A DNA stretch of 64,000 nt from NCBI GenBank assembly GCA_029256575.1, contig JAQSXR010000002.1, positions 72,272 to 136,271 on the forward strand, written 5' to 3'. This stretch comes from Clostridiales bacterium (GTDB taxonomy: Bacteria > Bacillota > Clostridia > Lachnospirales > JAQSXR01). Below the pieces are notes generated by a model, which saw only the letters and a program-made list of their open reading frames with translations, did not search any database and was not told the origin of the DNA. Below are positions 38,580-49,203 of the stretch, piece by piece. The position numbers and the translations under genes are program-made. Positions within the stretch are counted from its first letter, which is position 1. Each line of letters begins with the position of its first letter.

Positions 38580-39029
38580 CTATATTTTTAAAAACATTCC
38601 CTCTTTTGTACTTTCGAATCCACATTTTTCGTATAATGGTCGTCCCAATTCTGTCGTATCAAGACTTATTTCAGTTATACCATTTTTCTTTGCCTCTGCA
38701 ATTAATAGATTCATCATTTTATGTGCAATCCCTTGACATCGATACTTTTCACTAACATGCACATTCATAATATGTGCTCTTTTTCCTTCTGGATGTTCAA
38801 ATGATGGTAAAACATTTATATAACAAATTGTAGCACATCCAATAGCTTTGCCATTATCAATAGCCAACATAGTTGCCTGGTCCGCTCTTCTAAAATATTT
38901 TTCTGTATTTTCTATAAACCATTTGTCCAAATTTTCATTTGGCGCTAAATTATTAAGATCCCTTATCATTTCAATTCTACTATCAATAATTAAATCCATA
39001 TCGTCAACTGAAGCTTTTCTAATTTCCAT
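38580..39029 (-). CDS. GNAT family N-acetyltransferase
   Basis: Motif A region RCQGIAHKMMNLLIAEAKKNG. About 150 aa. Confidence 0.85.
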   Translation of the reverse strand: MEIRKASVDDMDLIIDSRIEMIRDLNNLAPNENLDKWFIENTEKYFRRADQATMLAIDNGKAIGCATICYINVLPSFEHPEGKRAHIMNVHVSEKYRCQGIAHKMMNLLIAEAKKNGITEISLDTTELGRPLYEKCGFESTKEGMFLKI

Positions 39030-39332
39030 AATTAAGCACCTCGCTATCTTTAATTAATTTTAAATCATTATAAACTATATTATAGTATCAATCCAGTAAT
39101 TATTTCCTATTATTCCCATTATTTTGTATTACTATAAAAGAGATGCTCTAGTCAAGCAATATTGTAACCCTAGTGTATAAAATTTTCTTAAATAGAACAA
39201 CAAGAAAATCCTGCTCCTCTGAAACTTTTTGATTATTTATTACTCTTCAATGCTATAAAGTTACATCAAAATCTTCCATCTATACATTTGATATATATAC
39301 CTTTAAATTTATATCCAAGGAACTCAACTCTC

Positions 39333-39511
39333 GCCTTTTATCTTTTGTCTTTTATTTTTTGTCTTTTATTTTTTGTCTTTTATTTTTGTCTTTTATTTTT
39401 GTCATTTATTTTTTGTCATTTATTTTTTGTCTTTTATTTTATGTCTTCTATTTTTTGTCTTCTATTTTTTGTCTTCTATTTTTTGTCTTTTATTTTTTAT
39501 CTTTTATATTT
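39333..39511. repeat. Tandem array of about 13 copies of a 13-14-bp unit (GTCTTTTATTTTTT)
   Basis: Unit boundaries were counted directly. Variants are GTCATTTATTTTTT x2 and GTCTTCTATTTTTT x3, with degenerate end units. The array is intergenic, between the GNAT start and the queA stop. Confidence 0.9.
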
Positions 39512-39538
39512 ATCATAATTATTACAATAAATCTATCT

Positions 39539-39690
39539 AGTGCCCCTTCCCCCCACAATATTTTCGCAAGCTTAAGATAAGTGTTTGCATATGTTTTTCC
39601 TTTGAATCAAACTCCCATATTGTGGAGGCAAGAGAAAAACATGCAAACCTATCTTAAGCTTCCGAAGAATATACACCCCCAAGGGGCACT
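39539..39690. repeat. Long imperfect inverted repeat (about 150-bp palindromic element)
   Basis: The outer arms agtgcccctt / aaggggcact are perfect over 10 bp. The inner arms cgcaagcttaagata-gtgtttgcatatgttttt / aaaaacatgcaaacc-tatcttaagcttccg have one mismatch plus small bulges. The loop is about 35 nt. Confidence 0.85.
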
Positions 39691-39714
39691 CCATCCATCG
39701 TATTTTCTCTCTAT

Positions 39715-40740
39715 TTACTTAATAAACATTGCATCCCCAAAACTAAAGAATCTATATCTTTCATTTATTGCAACATTATATGCATTAAGTATTATTTCTT
39801 TGTTTGCAAAAGTAGAAACCAACATCAATAAAGTTGATTCAGAAAGATGAAAATTAGTTATGATTGCATCTACCGCTTTAAATTTATATCCTGGATAAAT
39901 AAATATCTTTGTCCAACCACTTTGCTTTACTATTGTTCCATCTTCTTTGGCAACCGTTTCAAGTGTTCTAACACTAGTCGTTCCAACTGCAATTACTCTA
40001 TTTCCATTACGCTTTGCTCGATTAATTATATCAGCATCTTGTTGTTCAACAATATAATACTCCTCATGCATAATGTGTGTTTCAATATCATCTACTTTTA
40101 CTGGTCTAAACGTTCCTAAACCTACATGTAATGTAACATAGGCAATCTCAATTCCCTTATTCTTAATTTCTTCTAACAGTTCAAGTGTAAAATGTAATCC
40201 TGCTGTAGGTGCTGCTGCTGAACCTTCATGCTTTGCATATACCGTTTGATATCTGGTTTTGTCTTCTAAAGTTTCTACGATATAAGGGGGTAAAGGCATT
40301 TGACCTAATTGATCAAGAATTTCTTCGAAAATTCCTTCGTAATAAAATTTAATAATACGATTTCCATCCTCAATAATTTCTAGAATTTCTGCCCTAAGCA
40401 GTCCTCCGCCAAATACAATTTTATCTCCAACTCGAGCCTTTTTCCCAGGCTTAACAAGCACTTCCCAAGTATCAGCTGTCTTTCTAATTAATAATAATAC
40501 TTCAACTTTTGCACCTGTCCCTTCCCTTTCTCCTATAAGTCGAGCAGGAATTACTTTCGTATTATTTATTACCAGACAATCTCCTGGATTTAAATATTCT
40601 ATAATACTTTTAAATACCTTATGTTCAATTTCTCCTGTTTGTTTATCTAGAACTAATAGTCTAGAACTTGATCGATCACTCAAAGGTGTTTGAGCAATCA
40701 ACTCATTTGGTAGGTCAAATTTAAATTCTTCTAATTTCAT
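39715..40740 (-). CDS. queA: S-adenosylmethionine:tRNA ribosyltransferase-isomerase
   Basis: [13 protein letters not shown]...PLPPYI...[10 protein letters not shown]...GTTSVR signature of QueA. Confidence 0.95.
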   Translation of the reverse strand: MKLEEFKFDLPNELIAQTPLSDRSSSRLLVLDKQTGEIEHKVFKSIIEYLNPGDCLVINNTKVIPARLIGEREGTGAKVEVLLLIRKTADTWEVLVKPGKKARVGDKIVFGGGLLRAEILEIIEDGNRIIKFYYEGIFEEILDQLGQMPLPPYIVETLEDKTRYQTVYAKHEGSAAAPTAGLHFTLELLEEIKNKGIEIAYVTLHVGLGTFRPVKVDDIETHIMHEEYYIVEQQDADIINRAKRNGNRVIAVGTTSVRTLETVAKEDGTIVKQSGWTKIFIYPGYKFKAVDAIITNFHLSESTLLMLVSTFANKEIILNAYNVAINERYRFFSFGDAMFIK

Positions 40741-40753
40741 AAAAACTCCATCC

Positions 40754-42823
40754 TTAATCTATTTCATAAACATATTTTTCTGTTTGTCCATCAAAATTAG
40801 TCATTCTACATTTTTTATCATTAACATAAAGTTCAAAAGCGAAATTTGGCTTTAAGAAATAACTACCACAATTTATATATTCATTTTCAGTAGTTATTCT
40901 TATAGTATTATTCCCAGTAACTGTTTCTTCAACAATGATATTTTGGATTTCTCCACATGGAACAACATATCCGGTAGATCCAATCACAATATCTTGTTCA
41001 TCAATTTTTCTTAGTGTTTTGGTAGAATATGGCAGTATTACAATTCCTCTATGCTCATTATAGATTCTCTCAGTTTCTTTGCAAAATAAACCACTACACG
41101 GTAATTCTACTTTTTTTTCTTTATCTGTACAATTAACAATCATATAATATTCGTTTTTACCAAGAAAAAAGTGGCATACAAATACATCCCTTTCATATTC
41201 TTTCGCCGCAATAACATTATATACCTTTTTAGGGAATAATGATTTTAATAATTTTAATTCTTCCTTTGGTATCGTATTGATCGATTCTGAAATGGACAAT
41301 AATCCACCTAAAATATTTGCAACCTGAAGCATCGTATATCTTTGTGGTTCTGTTAATTCGTTGTGTTTCCTGGACAAATTGCAAAGATATGTTGCCGATA
41401 AAAACCCTCTATTATTATACATTCTCCTTAAAATCAGGGTTCGAATTGCACTAATTGTAGATCCCTTTTCTTTTAGTCCTATTCTATTGAAAGCTTCCCC
41501 AAGCCAGTATCGACTCACTTTTGGAGTTACACAACAATAATCGCAATTATTAATTGCAATACTTATTGGTACTTCATCTGCAATTATTTCTCTTCCTTGT
41601 GTCAACTCATTGAGCAATTTCATTGTATTTGTCATAGTGGCTGCACGTGATATATTTATATGTGGCATTATTGCTCCAACAAATAAGGTCCCAATCTTAA
41701 ATGCATCAACACCCCATTGGTTTACCATTACATCAAATACGTGCCTTAAATGTTCAATAACTTCTTCGTTATAAATATTTAATACATATAAATTCTTTTT
41801 ACCATATTTGGGTGTATTTATAACTATTTGTTTTTCTTTTTTATTTAATAATATCCAATGATTATGATGTGTATATATTATTGACTCCTTTTCGCAAATA
41901 AGTGGATCTATCTTTATTGCAACTTTTTTTCCTGCTTTATGTATTTCATCAATAAGATTCTTTATTTTATTTTTAAATGCTGGTGCTAAATTTAACCAAT
42001 CACCAATTGCATTTTCATATCCAGTATTTATTATAATCATTTGAACATCTAACTTTTCTTGCTTCATTATGTTAATATTTTCAATAATATACTCTGGAGT
42101 AGCCCTTTTACCTCGACAATCTGTGTAATCCCAAGCTACTATCGGCTTTGGCATACTTCTATTAATATCTAGTTCTTCAAAATATTTATCAAAACAATTC
42201 TTTTCCGTATTTATAATTGTAAGTAAGTTAAGAACTTTAGTTCTTTCCTTTATCTCTCTACCATAAAGGTCCGTATGAAAAGCCAATAAATCTTTCGATG
42301 CTATTGTTTTCAACATATTATATGACGTGTTTATATCGAGGGCAGCTATAATGTGATATCTATCTTCATCAATAATTTTATTCATACCAATACCAATAAA
42401 TTGATGTGAATATATGCTTCCTTTTAAATTATCATGTTTATATAACTTATAATCACCACAATATTTTTCTTTTTTATTGATTAATATAGGGGAAAAATAA
42501 TCCATTCGATCCGTATAATAATATTCCCTACATTCAGAACTTGATGTGAATCCATTTGATAATACCGTTCTATCATAATATTTAAAAGGTTTTTCATACT
42601 TAAAATAACGCATTTTCAATACTTTATTATCTAATGGTTCAATAAAACACTGTCTTATACATAAAGCCATTTCACCTTCATAAAACACGTAAAATACAAA
42701 GTCCTCATCTCGATAGAAATTTGCAGCTGGAAAAACTTTTTGCTTTTTTTCATTATCTATTTCATATGTTATTGTAATCTTACCTTGTAGATATTCCTCA
42801 GGTTTCATGTTTATTCCCGACAT
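40754..42823 (-). CDS. Hypothetical protein with GH36 (alpha-galactosidase)-like TIM-barrel layout
   Basis: The central region [13 protein letters not shown]...KIDPL...[12 protein letters not shown] is colinear with the GH36 motifs IDDGW..GDW / W.EPE / (I/V)DY.KWD, but acidic positions are substituted. This rests on remembered motifs only. Confidence 0.4.
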   Translation of the reverse strand: MSGINMKPEEYLQGKITITYEIDNEKKQKVFPAANFYRDEDFVFYVFYEGEMALCIRQCFIEPLDNKVLKMRYFKYEKPFKYYDRTVLSNGFTSSSECREYYYTDRMDYFSPILINKKEKYCGDYKLYKHDNLKGSIYSHQFIGIGMNKIIDEDRYHIIAALDINTSYNMLKTIASKDLLAFHTDLYGREIKERTKVLNLLTIINTEKNCFDKYFEELDINRSMPKPIVAWDYTDCRGKRATPEYIIENINIMKQEKLDVQMIIINTGYENAIGDWLNLAPAFKNKIKNLIDEIHKAGKKVAIKIDPLICEKESIIYTHHNHWILLNKKEKQIVINTPKYGKKNLYVLNIYNEEVIEHLRHVFDVMVNQWGVDAFKIGTLFVGAIMPHINISRAATMTNTMKLLNELTQGREIIADEVPISIAINNCDYCCVTPKVSRYWLGEAFNRIGLKEKGSTISAIRTLILRRMYNNRGFLSATYLCNLSRKHNELTEPQRYTMLQVANILGGLLSISESINTIPKEELKLLKSLFPKKVYNVIAAKEYERDVFVCHFFLGKNEYYMIVNCTDKEKKVELPCSGLFCKETERIYNEHRGIVILPYSTKTLRKIDEQDIVIGSTGYVVPCGEIQNIIVEETVTGNNTIRITTENEYINCGSYFLKPNFAFELYVNDKKCRMTNFDGQTEKYVYEID

Positions 42824-42843
42824 GTCTTCACCTCATCCTATAA

Positions 42844-45099
42844 TTATATCATTCGCTCATCATCAAGAGCGTTTAATTCAAAAATTAGCTCAAAAACCTG
42901 ATTATTTGTTTCAAAAATCTCTACCAAGGTTGGATCAAATTTCTTTCCTTTTTCTCCAATAATAATTTCAACTGCTTCTTCGTGTGAAAATCCTTTTTTA
43001 TACACTCTCTTAGTTCGTAGTGCATCATAAACGTCTGCTATAGACATGATTCTTGCCTCAATTGGAATGTCATCACCAACAAGTTTATTTGCATATCCTG
43101 TTCCATCATAGTTCTCATGATGGTAATATATAATATTTTTTGCAACATCTGAAATACTAAGTCTGCCTATCAAATTATATCCTACACTAACATGTTTTTT
43201 AATTTCTTCAAATTCAATGTTTGTAAGTTTACCAGGCTTTTTTAATATCTGTGCTTTTATACCTATCTTACCTATATCATGCAGAGAGGCATACTTTTTA
43301 ATATCCATTACCATTTCATCGGATAATCCATATTTTCTAGCTAAAAAACCACAATAGTAACAAACTCTTTTATTATGTGTTCCTGTTTCTGAATCATTCC
43401 ACATACTTGCTTCTTCCAAAGTGTCAACAATAGAAAAAAGCATATTTTCATATTCTTTCTTCTTTATACCCAAATCTTCTTTTTGTCTTTTAACAGAAAT
43501 AGTAATACTCTTTGCTACACATATTAGAACGATACTGAGTGTTATCAATATTAGTGCCAGTGTTACAATAAGTGTTATAATTTCAGCTGTCTTACTTCTT
43601 GCTGAAATAACATGTTTTTGACTAATTAACTGGTCGTAATCAATTACTTCATTTACTTTCTTGAGAATATTCGCAAGTATAGGATATTTTTTTGATACAG
43701 CGATACATTGAGTGTCTTCAATATCTAATTCTCCTGCTAATCTATATTTTGTCGAATCCATCTCAAACAAAAGTTCATTCAAAATAACTAATTTTTCAAC
43801 CGTATAATCTGCTTTATTATTTGACACTAATCTTAGAGCCGATTCAACTGAATCCGTCTCTACGATATTAATATTCATATTCATATCGGTCAAATACTCT
43901 ATAATCCAGGTACCCTTTTGTAATGCAACTGTTTTATTTCTTAAATCAAATTCTTTATTTACATATTTACTGTTTTGATTCCCTATTACTGTAATTCTGT
44001 TAGTCTTAAATAACTCTATAAGTTTAAATTCTTCCGCTCTTTCGTCGGTATATGTAATTGATGTTGCAAAATGGACATCCCCTGCTTCCAATTGATTAAA
44101 AACTTCATTTATTGTATTAATGCTATTTAAATCAACAAATTCGATATTAACTCCTAGTAAGGACCCCACTTTATCTAAGTATTCTTTATTAATACCAACA
44201 TAGTCCCCATTCGAATTGATAATATCAAAAGGAGGATAATTCTTTGTGGCAGAAAACTTTATTTCTTTATTTTCTAATAACCACTGCTTTTCTATTACTG
44301 AAAGCTTTAGGCCATTTTTTAAATATTTTTCTCTATTACTAAGTTTGATTTCATCAAGAATACCATTATCTATTAATTGTGAAACTTTTTTACTTATTAT
44401 CCCTGCTAGAATTTGAAAATCATCATTTACTATAAACCCTTTTTTTGTTATAAAATTCGGTAAATCAAATGTATTTATGAATAAATATTCGTTTAATCTT
44501 TCATTTGTTATTACAGCCACCACACTATTTTCTTCTTTTTTCTCTTTGCTTAAATACACTGGTATTATATTTAGTTCCGGATATTTTTCTTTGATATTTA
44601 GAAACACACTTCTTTCATAAAAACCTACTTTTTTATTATCTAAATCAAATATCTTCTTAATTGATTTATCGTTTACATAACATTTATATGCATCACCATA
44701 AACTCCAATAATATTAGTGTCAAGATTAGTTGCATAAGATGTTGTGTCTCCGAAATATATTTTTTCATTATCTGGAACATTTTCACTATTATCAATTGTT
44801 AATATCTCATGGCCTATGTACTTAAAATTCAACCCAGTTTCTAGCGTTATTTCTTTTAATATATCTGTTGCAATTCCGTAAAGTTGATCTTTATTCATCA
44901 AATCATAGAAGAATGCTTCGCTAACATTATTCCCTATATCAACATAAATTACTTTATTCTCACTAATCCATGAATTTATCCATTCTTTTTCCTCAAGTGT
45001 TAGTTCTAAAATTTTACTCTCGTGAGCATTTGTGATTTGAATTACTGGTACCAATATCATAATGATTAGAGCCAGTATAGAATATTTTATTACTTTCAT
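42844..45099 (-). CDS. Membrane sensor: two periplasmic solute-binding (family 3) domains, a TM segment and a cytoplasmic HD-GYP domain
   Basis: HDIGKIGI and HHENYDGTGYA motifs. N-terminal signal anchor, an internal TM segment (IITLIVTLALILITLSIVLICV) and PBP-like repeats. The start is moved to MKVIKY, which follows GGGGTGA. Confidence 0.8.
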   Translation of the reverse strand: MKVIKYSILALIIMILVPVIQITNAHESKILELTLEEKEWINSWISENKVIYVDIGNNVSEAFFYDLMNKDQLYGIATDILKEITLETGLNFKYIGHEILTIDNSENVPDNEKIYFGDTTSYATNLDTNIIGVYGDAYKCYVNDKSIKKIFDLDNKKVGFYERSVFLNIKEKYPELNIIPVYLSKEKKEENSVVAVITNERLNEYLFINTFDLPNFITKKGFIVNDDFQILAGIISKKVSQLIDNGILDEIKLSNREKYLKNGLKLSVIEKQWLLENKEIKFSATKNYPPFDIINSNGDYVGINKEYLDKVGSLLGVNIEFVDLNSINTINEVFNQLEAGDVHFATSITYTDERAEEFKLIELFKTNRITVIGNQNSKYVNKEFDLRNKTVALQKGTWIIEYLTDMNMNINIVETDSVESALRLVSNNKADYTVEKLVILNELLFEMDSTKYRLAGELDIEDTQCIAVSKKYPILANILKKVNEVIDYDQLISQKHVISARSKTAEIITLIVTLALILITLSIVLICVAKSITISVKRQKEDLGIKKKEYENMLFSIVDTLEEASMWNDSETGTHNKRVCYYCGFLARKYGLSDEMVMDIKKYASLHDIGKIGIKAQILKKPGKLTNIEFEEIKKHVSVGYNLIGRLSISDVAKNIIYYHHENYDGTGYANKLVGDDIPIEARIMSIADVYDALRTKRVYKKGFSHEEAVEIIIGEKGKKFDPTLVEIFETNNQVFELIFELNALDDERMI

Positions 45100-45118
45100 G
45101 TGTATCACCCCACTTGAG

Positions 45119-47407
45119 TTATTTTAATTTTTTCATTAATTCGATACTAGTATCAAAACAGCTTTCAAATATCGTGTTATATTTTACAAATATATCAACT
45201 AAACGAGGTTCAAATTGCTTGCCTCGTTCATCCACAATTGTATACAATGCTTCTTCATGAGTGAAGGCTCTTTTATAAGGTCTTTCCATTCTCAATATGT
45301 CATATGTATCAGCCAAATGTACAATTCTTGCTTCTATAGGTATTTTAGTTCCCTTTAGTTGCTCAAAATATCCAAGTCCATCCCATCTCTCATGGTGATA
45401 CTGAACTATATTTTTTGCAACATCATCAAATTTCATTTTGACAACTAAATCCGTACCTACTTTTACATGCATCTTTAATTGCTCATATTCTTCTTCTGTT
45501 AATTTCTCAGTTTTAGTAAATAAATCATTATTAACACCTATATTGCCTATGTCATGAATTGGAACATAATGTGATATTTCCCAAGCAAATTCTTTGCCTA
45601 ATCCATACTCCATTGCTAGAATCTCGCAATACGTCATCAATCGCTTTGTATGCGAATATGTATTTGTTTGTGTTACTAAACTTGCAGTTTCAAAAATTTC
45701 TAATACTTGACCAATGATATGATCATATTCTACATTCATCTTTTGGATGTCATCCTTAACCAATTTAGAGGATTTCAAATCCTTTAACACTTTTTGCAAG
45801 TATAATAGTGTCAATAAAATCAAGCAAAATAATACAAACATCGGGAGACTCCATTTTGAAAAGTTCATTGGACTTGAAGATGTAACCGTATAGTTGTATG
45901 CAAACCTCTCAACATCTATTAAATCTATTGCACGGTCTAGTATCGTTACCAACATTTCGTTTCCAGGAGCAACAGCAATAAAATATTCTTGTTCTGCAAT
46001 TTTACCAACTACCTTAACATCTTGTTCTCCACTTTTCTTTATGTATGTATTTAATACAAGTAAATCTAAAACCGATATATAATTCGGATTATGATCTAAA
46101 ATCTCAAATATCTCTTCATTTGATTTAGCATATATAAATTTTACATTCGTTGTGTTTTTCTCAACTTCATCTACAATGAAATTATCTCTCGTTACTACTA
46201 TTGTCATATTCTCTAAATCTTGTATGTTATCAACATTTAATCCTTTATGATTCCCTATAACTACAACATCTGCTTCATATATAGGTTTTGTATATAATAT
46301 TTTTAATTCCTTTGAATTATATTTCCCTATAAAAGGAAGAACTTTTACCCTTCCGCCAGATAATTCATTTACTAAACCATTTTCTTGTGTAGAACCTTGG
46401 TTTATATCCGAATCCTGAACAGCAAAATTAATACCGGTTACTTTCGAAAGAGAATCCATCACATTTATTGTTATACCAGTTAATTCATCTCCATCTGAAT
46501 CGCTATATGGTGCATAATCATCTGGTACGGAATACAAAATATTCCTATTCTTGAGAATCCATTCTTCTTCCTCAACCGTCAATGTATTCTTAAAGCTCTC
46601 CTTGTAATATTCATATGTTTCATTCATAACTAAGGAATAATAATTTCGATGATTTGTTAGTTTCTTCGTAAATTTAACAATCGATTCTCCAACTACCGGA
46701 TTTAGCTCTCTCATTCGATAAGCGATAACAAAATCTATAATTACTTTATCAATTACTATCTTTTTTATATTACTATTTGTATCTAATTCCACGATTTCTT
46801 GATCAGATATTAACCCCAAATAATAACCGTTATGTAAAGAACTCGTTGCTCTTTCCTCACTAGAAAAATTAACAAGGTTATATTCATCAAAAGCAGATTC
46901 TTTAATTACATTCACAATATTATCTTCTAAATAACCATCCGATATTGAAAATCCGCAGTATGCTAATTTATCATTTTTAAAATCTTCTAATTTATTTTTA
47001 CTAAAGTCTGTCGTATATAAAATATATTGTTTTGTATAAATTGGTTTTGAGACAAAAAAATAACTCTTATCAAAGATTGCTTCTGGGCCGAAAAACAAAT
47101 CTGCTGGAGTTGAACTGTTTGCTTCAATTACTTCCGTATCTAAATTTAGTGAAGCATTCAAGGATTTTCTAACAAGCTCATAAATTCCATTATATTTATT
47201 TTGTTTTTTATATAATAAATTACTATTCTCTCCAAGTAGTTTTACTTTAAGTGTAGGGGTACTAGATATGGTTCTCTTTGCTTTTGCTCCATCTACCACA
47301 TTAGATATCTTTATTATCGAAGAATCTTTCAAATTATAATTTGTAATCGCTGTAATAAGCACAGTAAATAAAATCAAAATAATGATCAATTTGTACTTTT
47401 GCTTCAT
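45119..47407 (-). CDS. Paralogous solute-binding-domain / HD-GYP membrane sensor
   Basis: HDIGNIGV and HHERWDGLGYF motifs. Same architecture as the downstream paralogue. Confidence 0.8.
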   Translation of the reverse strand: MKQKYKLIIILILFTVLITAITNYNLKDSSIIKISNVVDGAKAKRTISSTPTLKVKLLGENSNLLYKKQNKYNGIYELVRKSLNASLNLDTEVIEANSSTPADLFFGPEAIFDKSYFFVSKPIYTKQYILYTTDFSKNKLEDFKNDKLAYCGFSISDGYLEDNIVNVIKESAFDEYNLVNFSSEERATSSLHNGYYLGLISDQEIVELDTNSNIKKIVIDKVIIDFVIAYRMRELNPVVGESIVKFTKKLTNHRNYYSLVMNETYEYYKESFKNTLTVEEEEWILKNRNILYSVPDDYAPYSDSDGDELTGITINVMDSLSKVTGINFAVQDSDINQGSTQENGLVNELSGGRVKVLPFIGKYNSKELKILYTKPIYEADVVVIGNHKGLNVDNIQDLENMTIVVTRDNFIVDEVEKNTTNVKFIYAKSNEEIFEILDHNPNYISVLDLLVLNTYIKKSGEQDVKVVGKIAEQEYFIAVAPGNEMLVTILDRAIDLIDVERFAYNYTVTSSSPMNFSKWSLPMFVLFCLILLTLLYLQKVLKDLKSSKLVKDDIQKMNVEYDHIIGQVLEIFETASLVTQTNTYSHTKRLMTYCEILAMEYGLGKEFAWEISHYVPIHDIGNIGVNNDLFTKTEKLTEEEYEQLKMHVKVGTDLVVKMKFDDVAKNIVQYHHERWDGLGYFEQLKGTKIPIEARIVHLADTYDILRMERPYKRAFTHEEALYTIVDERGKQFEPRLVDIFVKYNTIFESCFDTSIELMKKLK

Positions 47408-47426
47408 TTTATACCCCCTATATTAC

Positions 47427-49022
47427 CTATTTAACTATAGTCCCCGTATAATAATACATTAGAATCTGCTTATAAGAAAATCCGTTTTTTGCCATTCCCA
47501 TAGCACCACTTTGGCTCAACCCTACACCATGACCCCAACCTTGTCCTGCAAATATATATTCACCTGGCAACGCTGTTACTAAAGGATAATTCGCAATATC
47601 TGTTCCACCAATCATAATAAGTTGATTTATAGTTGAATTAACCGGAACAATTTCTCCGTTTCCATTCAAACAAAATAAATCATTTATATTATATTCTGCT
47701 AACGCACTCCCGTCATTTGTAATCTGAAATGAATTTTTAGGTACACTAGCTACTTTTACTAAAGTAAATTTTCTACTATATAAATTAAACCAAGTTCTAA
47801 TATTTTCTTTCGTCAATGTGTGTGTTCCTTGTGTTCCTATTATTTCAACTGACATTGCGCGTCCTGCATCCGTATAAGCACCAACAACAAGATCAGTAAT
47901 ATCTCCGATATAAATCCCTTTACTTTCACAAATCGTCTTTATTTTACTCGCTGTCAAGGTTATTAACCAAGGTTGCCTTGAAGGTTCTGTTTCATATATA
48001 TCTGGTACACTTTTATAGTATGGAGCATTTGATGACCAAACATTTTGTATACTTTCTGTACTTCCTCCACTTGCTGCACTAAAATATGTTGCTATCACCT
48101 TATCATTATAATAGACCATTTCTCCACTCGTAACTTTTACAGCTTCTGTCGTATAGGCATTCTCACCCTTATATCCTTTATATGCCTGACTTGCAGTTGT
48201 ATCACAGATGTCGTAGGCTTTATTTGGATATTTATCTACAACTGTCAAATAATAGGATGCATATGTCCTTGCTGCTACTGCCTGGGCCTTTAAAGATTCC
48301 ATAGGCCAAGATGCAATTATCTCAGACGGAACAACTCCGTAAAGATACTCGTCCATATTAATCTCATTTATTGCAGTAATTCCATTTTCTCGGTACCGTC
48401 CAATTTCGATGCGGCCTCTATAACTTCTTGTTCCAAGATCTATTACCTCAGGTGATAATGACTCACCCCCTGAATCTAATGTATTATTAGACGGATTTAT
48501 TTGAATATAACCAGAAGAATTATCACAGATTAATTCATTATTATCGCCTTTTATTTTAATTCTTTGACCATTATCTTCCGCTAGATGAAAGCTTATTCCC
48601 ATTAATCCTTCGATTCCAAGCAAAGTATAATTTACAATTTCAACATTTGAATCTTCACCAACATATAGTTTCCAAATACCTTGAGAAGCAAGTCCAGGTA
48701 TTGCATATATTCCCAATGCATTAAATTGATCCGCAATTAATTTTACTTCTTCATAAGATATATAGTTATTATTTGAAATACAATAAAACATTGGTGCAGG
48801 AATGGCTAAAAATCCAGTTGTACTTTCTAAGCCTACTTCAGAAACAAATTCTGATGCTTTACCAAACCCTATTTCGATATTTTTATTATATATATTTATT
48901 TTATCAACGTTCTCATAATATGTCTTTAACCCAACTCTAAGCCATTCTTGCGTAAGCGCGAATCCCGATAAGACAGGAATTACTAAGCATATAGTCATTA
49001 ATAATACAGATATTTTTTTCAT
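47427..49022 (-). CDS. SpoIID/LytB-domain protein
   Basis: Signal peptide. SpoIID-type motifs YLYGVVPSE...EALKAQAVAARTYA...C.T..SQAY.G and a C-terminal GHGVGLSQSGA. Confidence 0.85.
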   Translation of the reverse strand: MKKISVLLMTICLVIPVLSGFALTQEWLRVGLKTYYENVDKINIYNKNIEIGFGKASEFVSEVGLESTTGFLAIPAPMFYCISNNNYISYEEVKLIADQFNALGIYAIPGLASQGIWKLYVGEDSNVEIVNYTLLGIEGLMGISFHLAEDNGQRIKIKGDNNELICDNSSGYIQINPSNNTLDSGGESLSPEVIDLGTRSYRGRIEIGRYRENGITAINEINMDEYLYGVVPSEIIASWPMESLKAQAVAARTYASYYLTVVDKYPNKAYDICDTTASQAYKGYKGENAYTTEAVKVTSGEMVYYNDKVIATYFSAASGGSTESIQNVWSSNAPYYKSVPDIYETEPSRQPWLITLTASKIKTICESKGIYIGDITDLVVGAYTDAGRAMSVEIIGTQGTHTLTKENIRTWFNLYSRKFTLVKVASVPKNSFQITNDGSALAEYNINDLFCLNGNGEIVPVNSTINQLIMIGGTDIANYPLVTALPGEYIFAGQGWGHGVGLSQSGAMGMAKNGFSYKQILMYYYTGTIVK

Positions 49023-49138
49023 TTAGCAAAGCCCTCCCTATAATAACTATTATATTTCATAGTCAATAATATGTAAACATCCTTTTGTCGTTTTAACATA
49101 CAAAAGTGATATATTTAATTAATAATAGTATATTTTGC

Positions 49139-49178
49139 ACAAAAATAATAGCCAGTTGATAACTGGCTATTATTTTCG
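49139..49178. terminator. Intrinsic terminator after pheT (bidirectional-looking)
   Basis: aataatagccagtt-gat-aactggctattatt forms a 14-bp perfect stem flanked by A and T runs. Confidence 0.85.
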
Positions 49179-49203
49179 TTCGATTTATTTTATTAATTGA
49201 TAT

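Noticed and set aside
39333-39511. Possible CRISPR array.
   Set aside because: The units are only 13-14 bp and directly abut each other with no spacers. No cas genes are in the window.
39288-39580. Two overlapping plus-strand ORFs (76 and 73 aa) encoding FCLLFFVFYF-type repeats.
   Set aside because: They are translations of the 14-bp T-rich tandem repeat. The periodic sequence keeps the frames open, there is no SD, and the same DNA is open in two frames.
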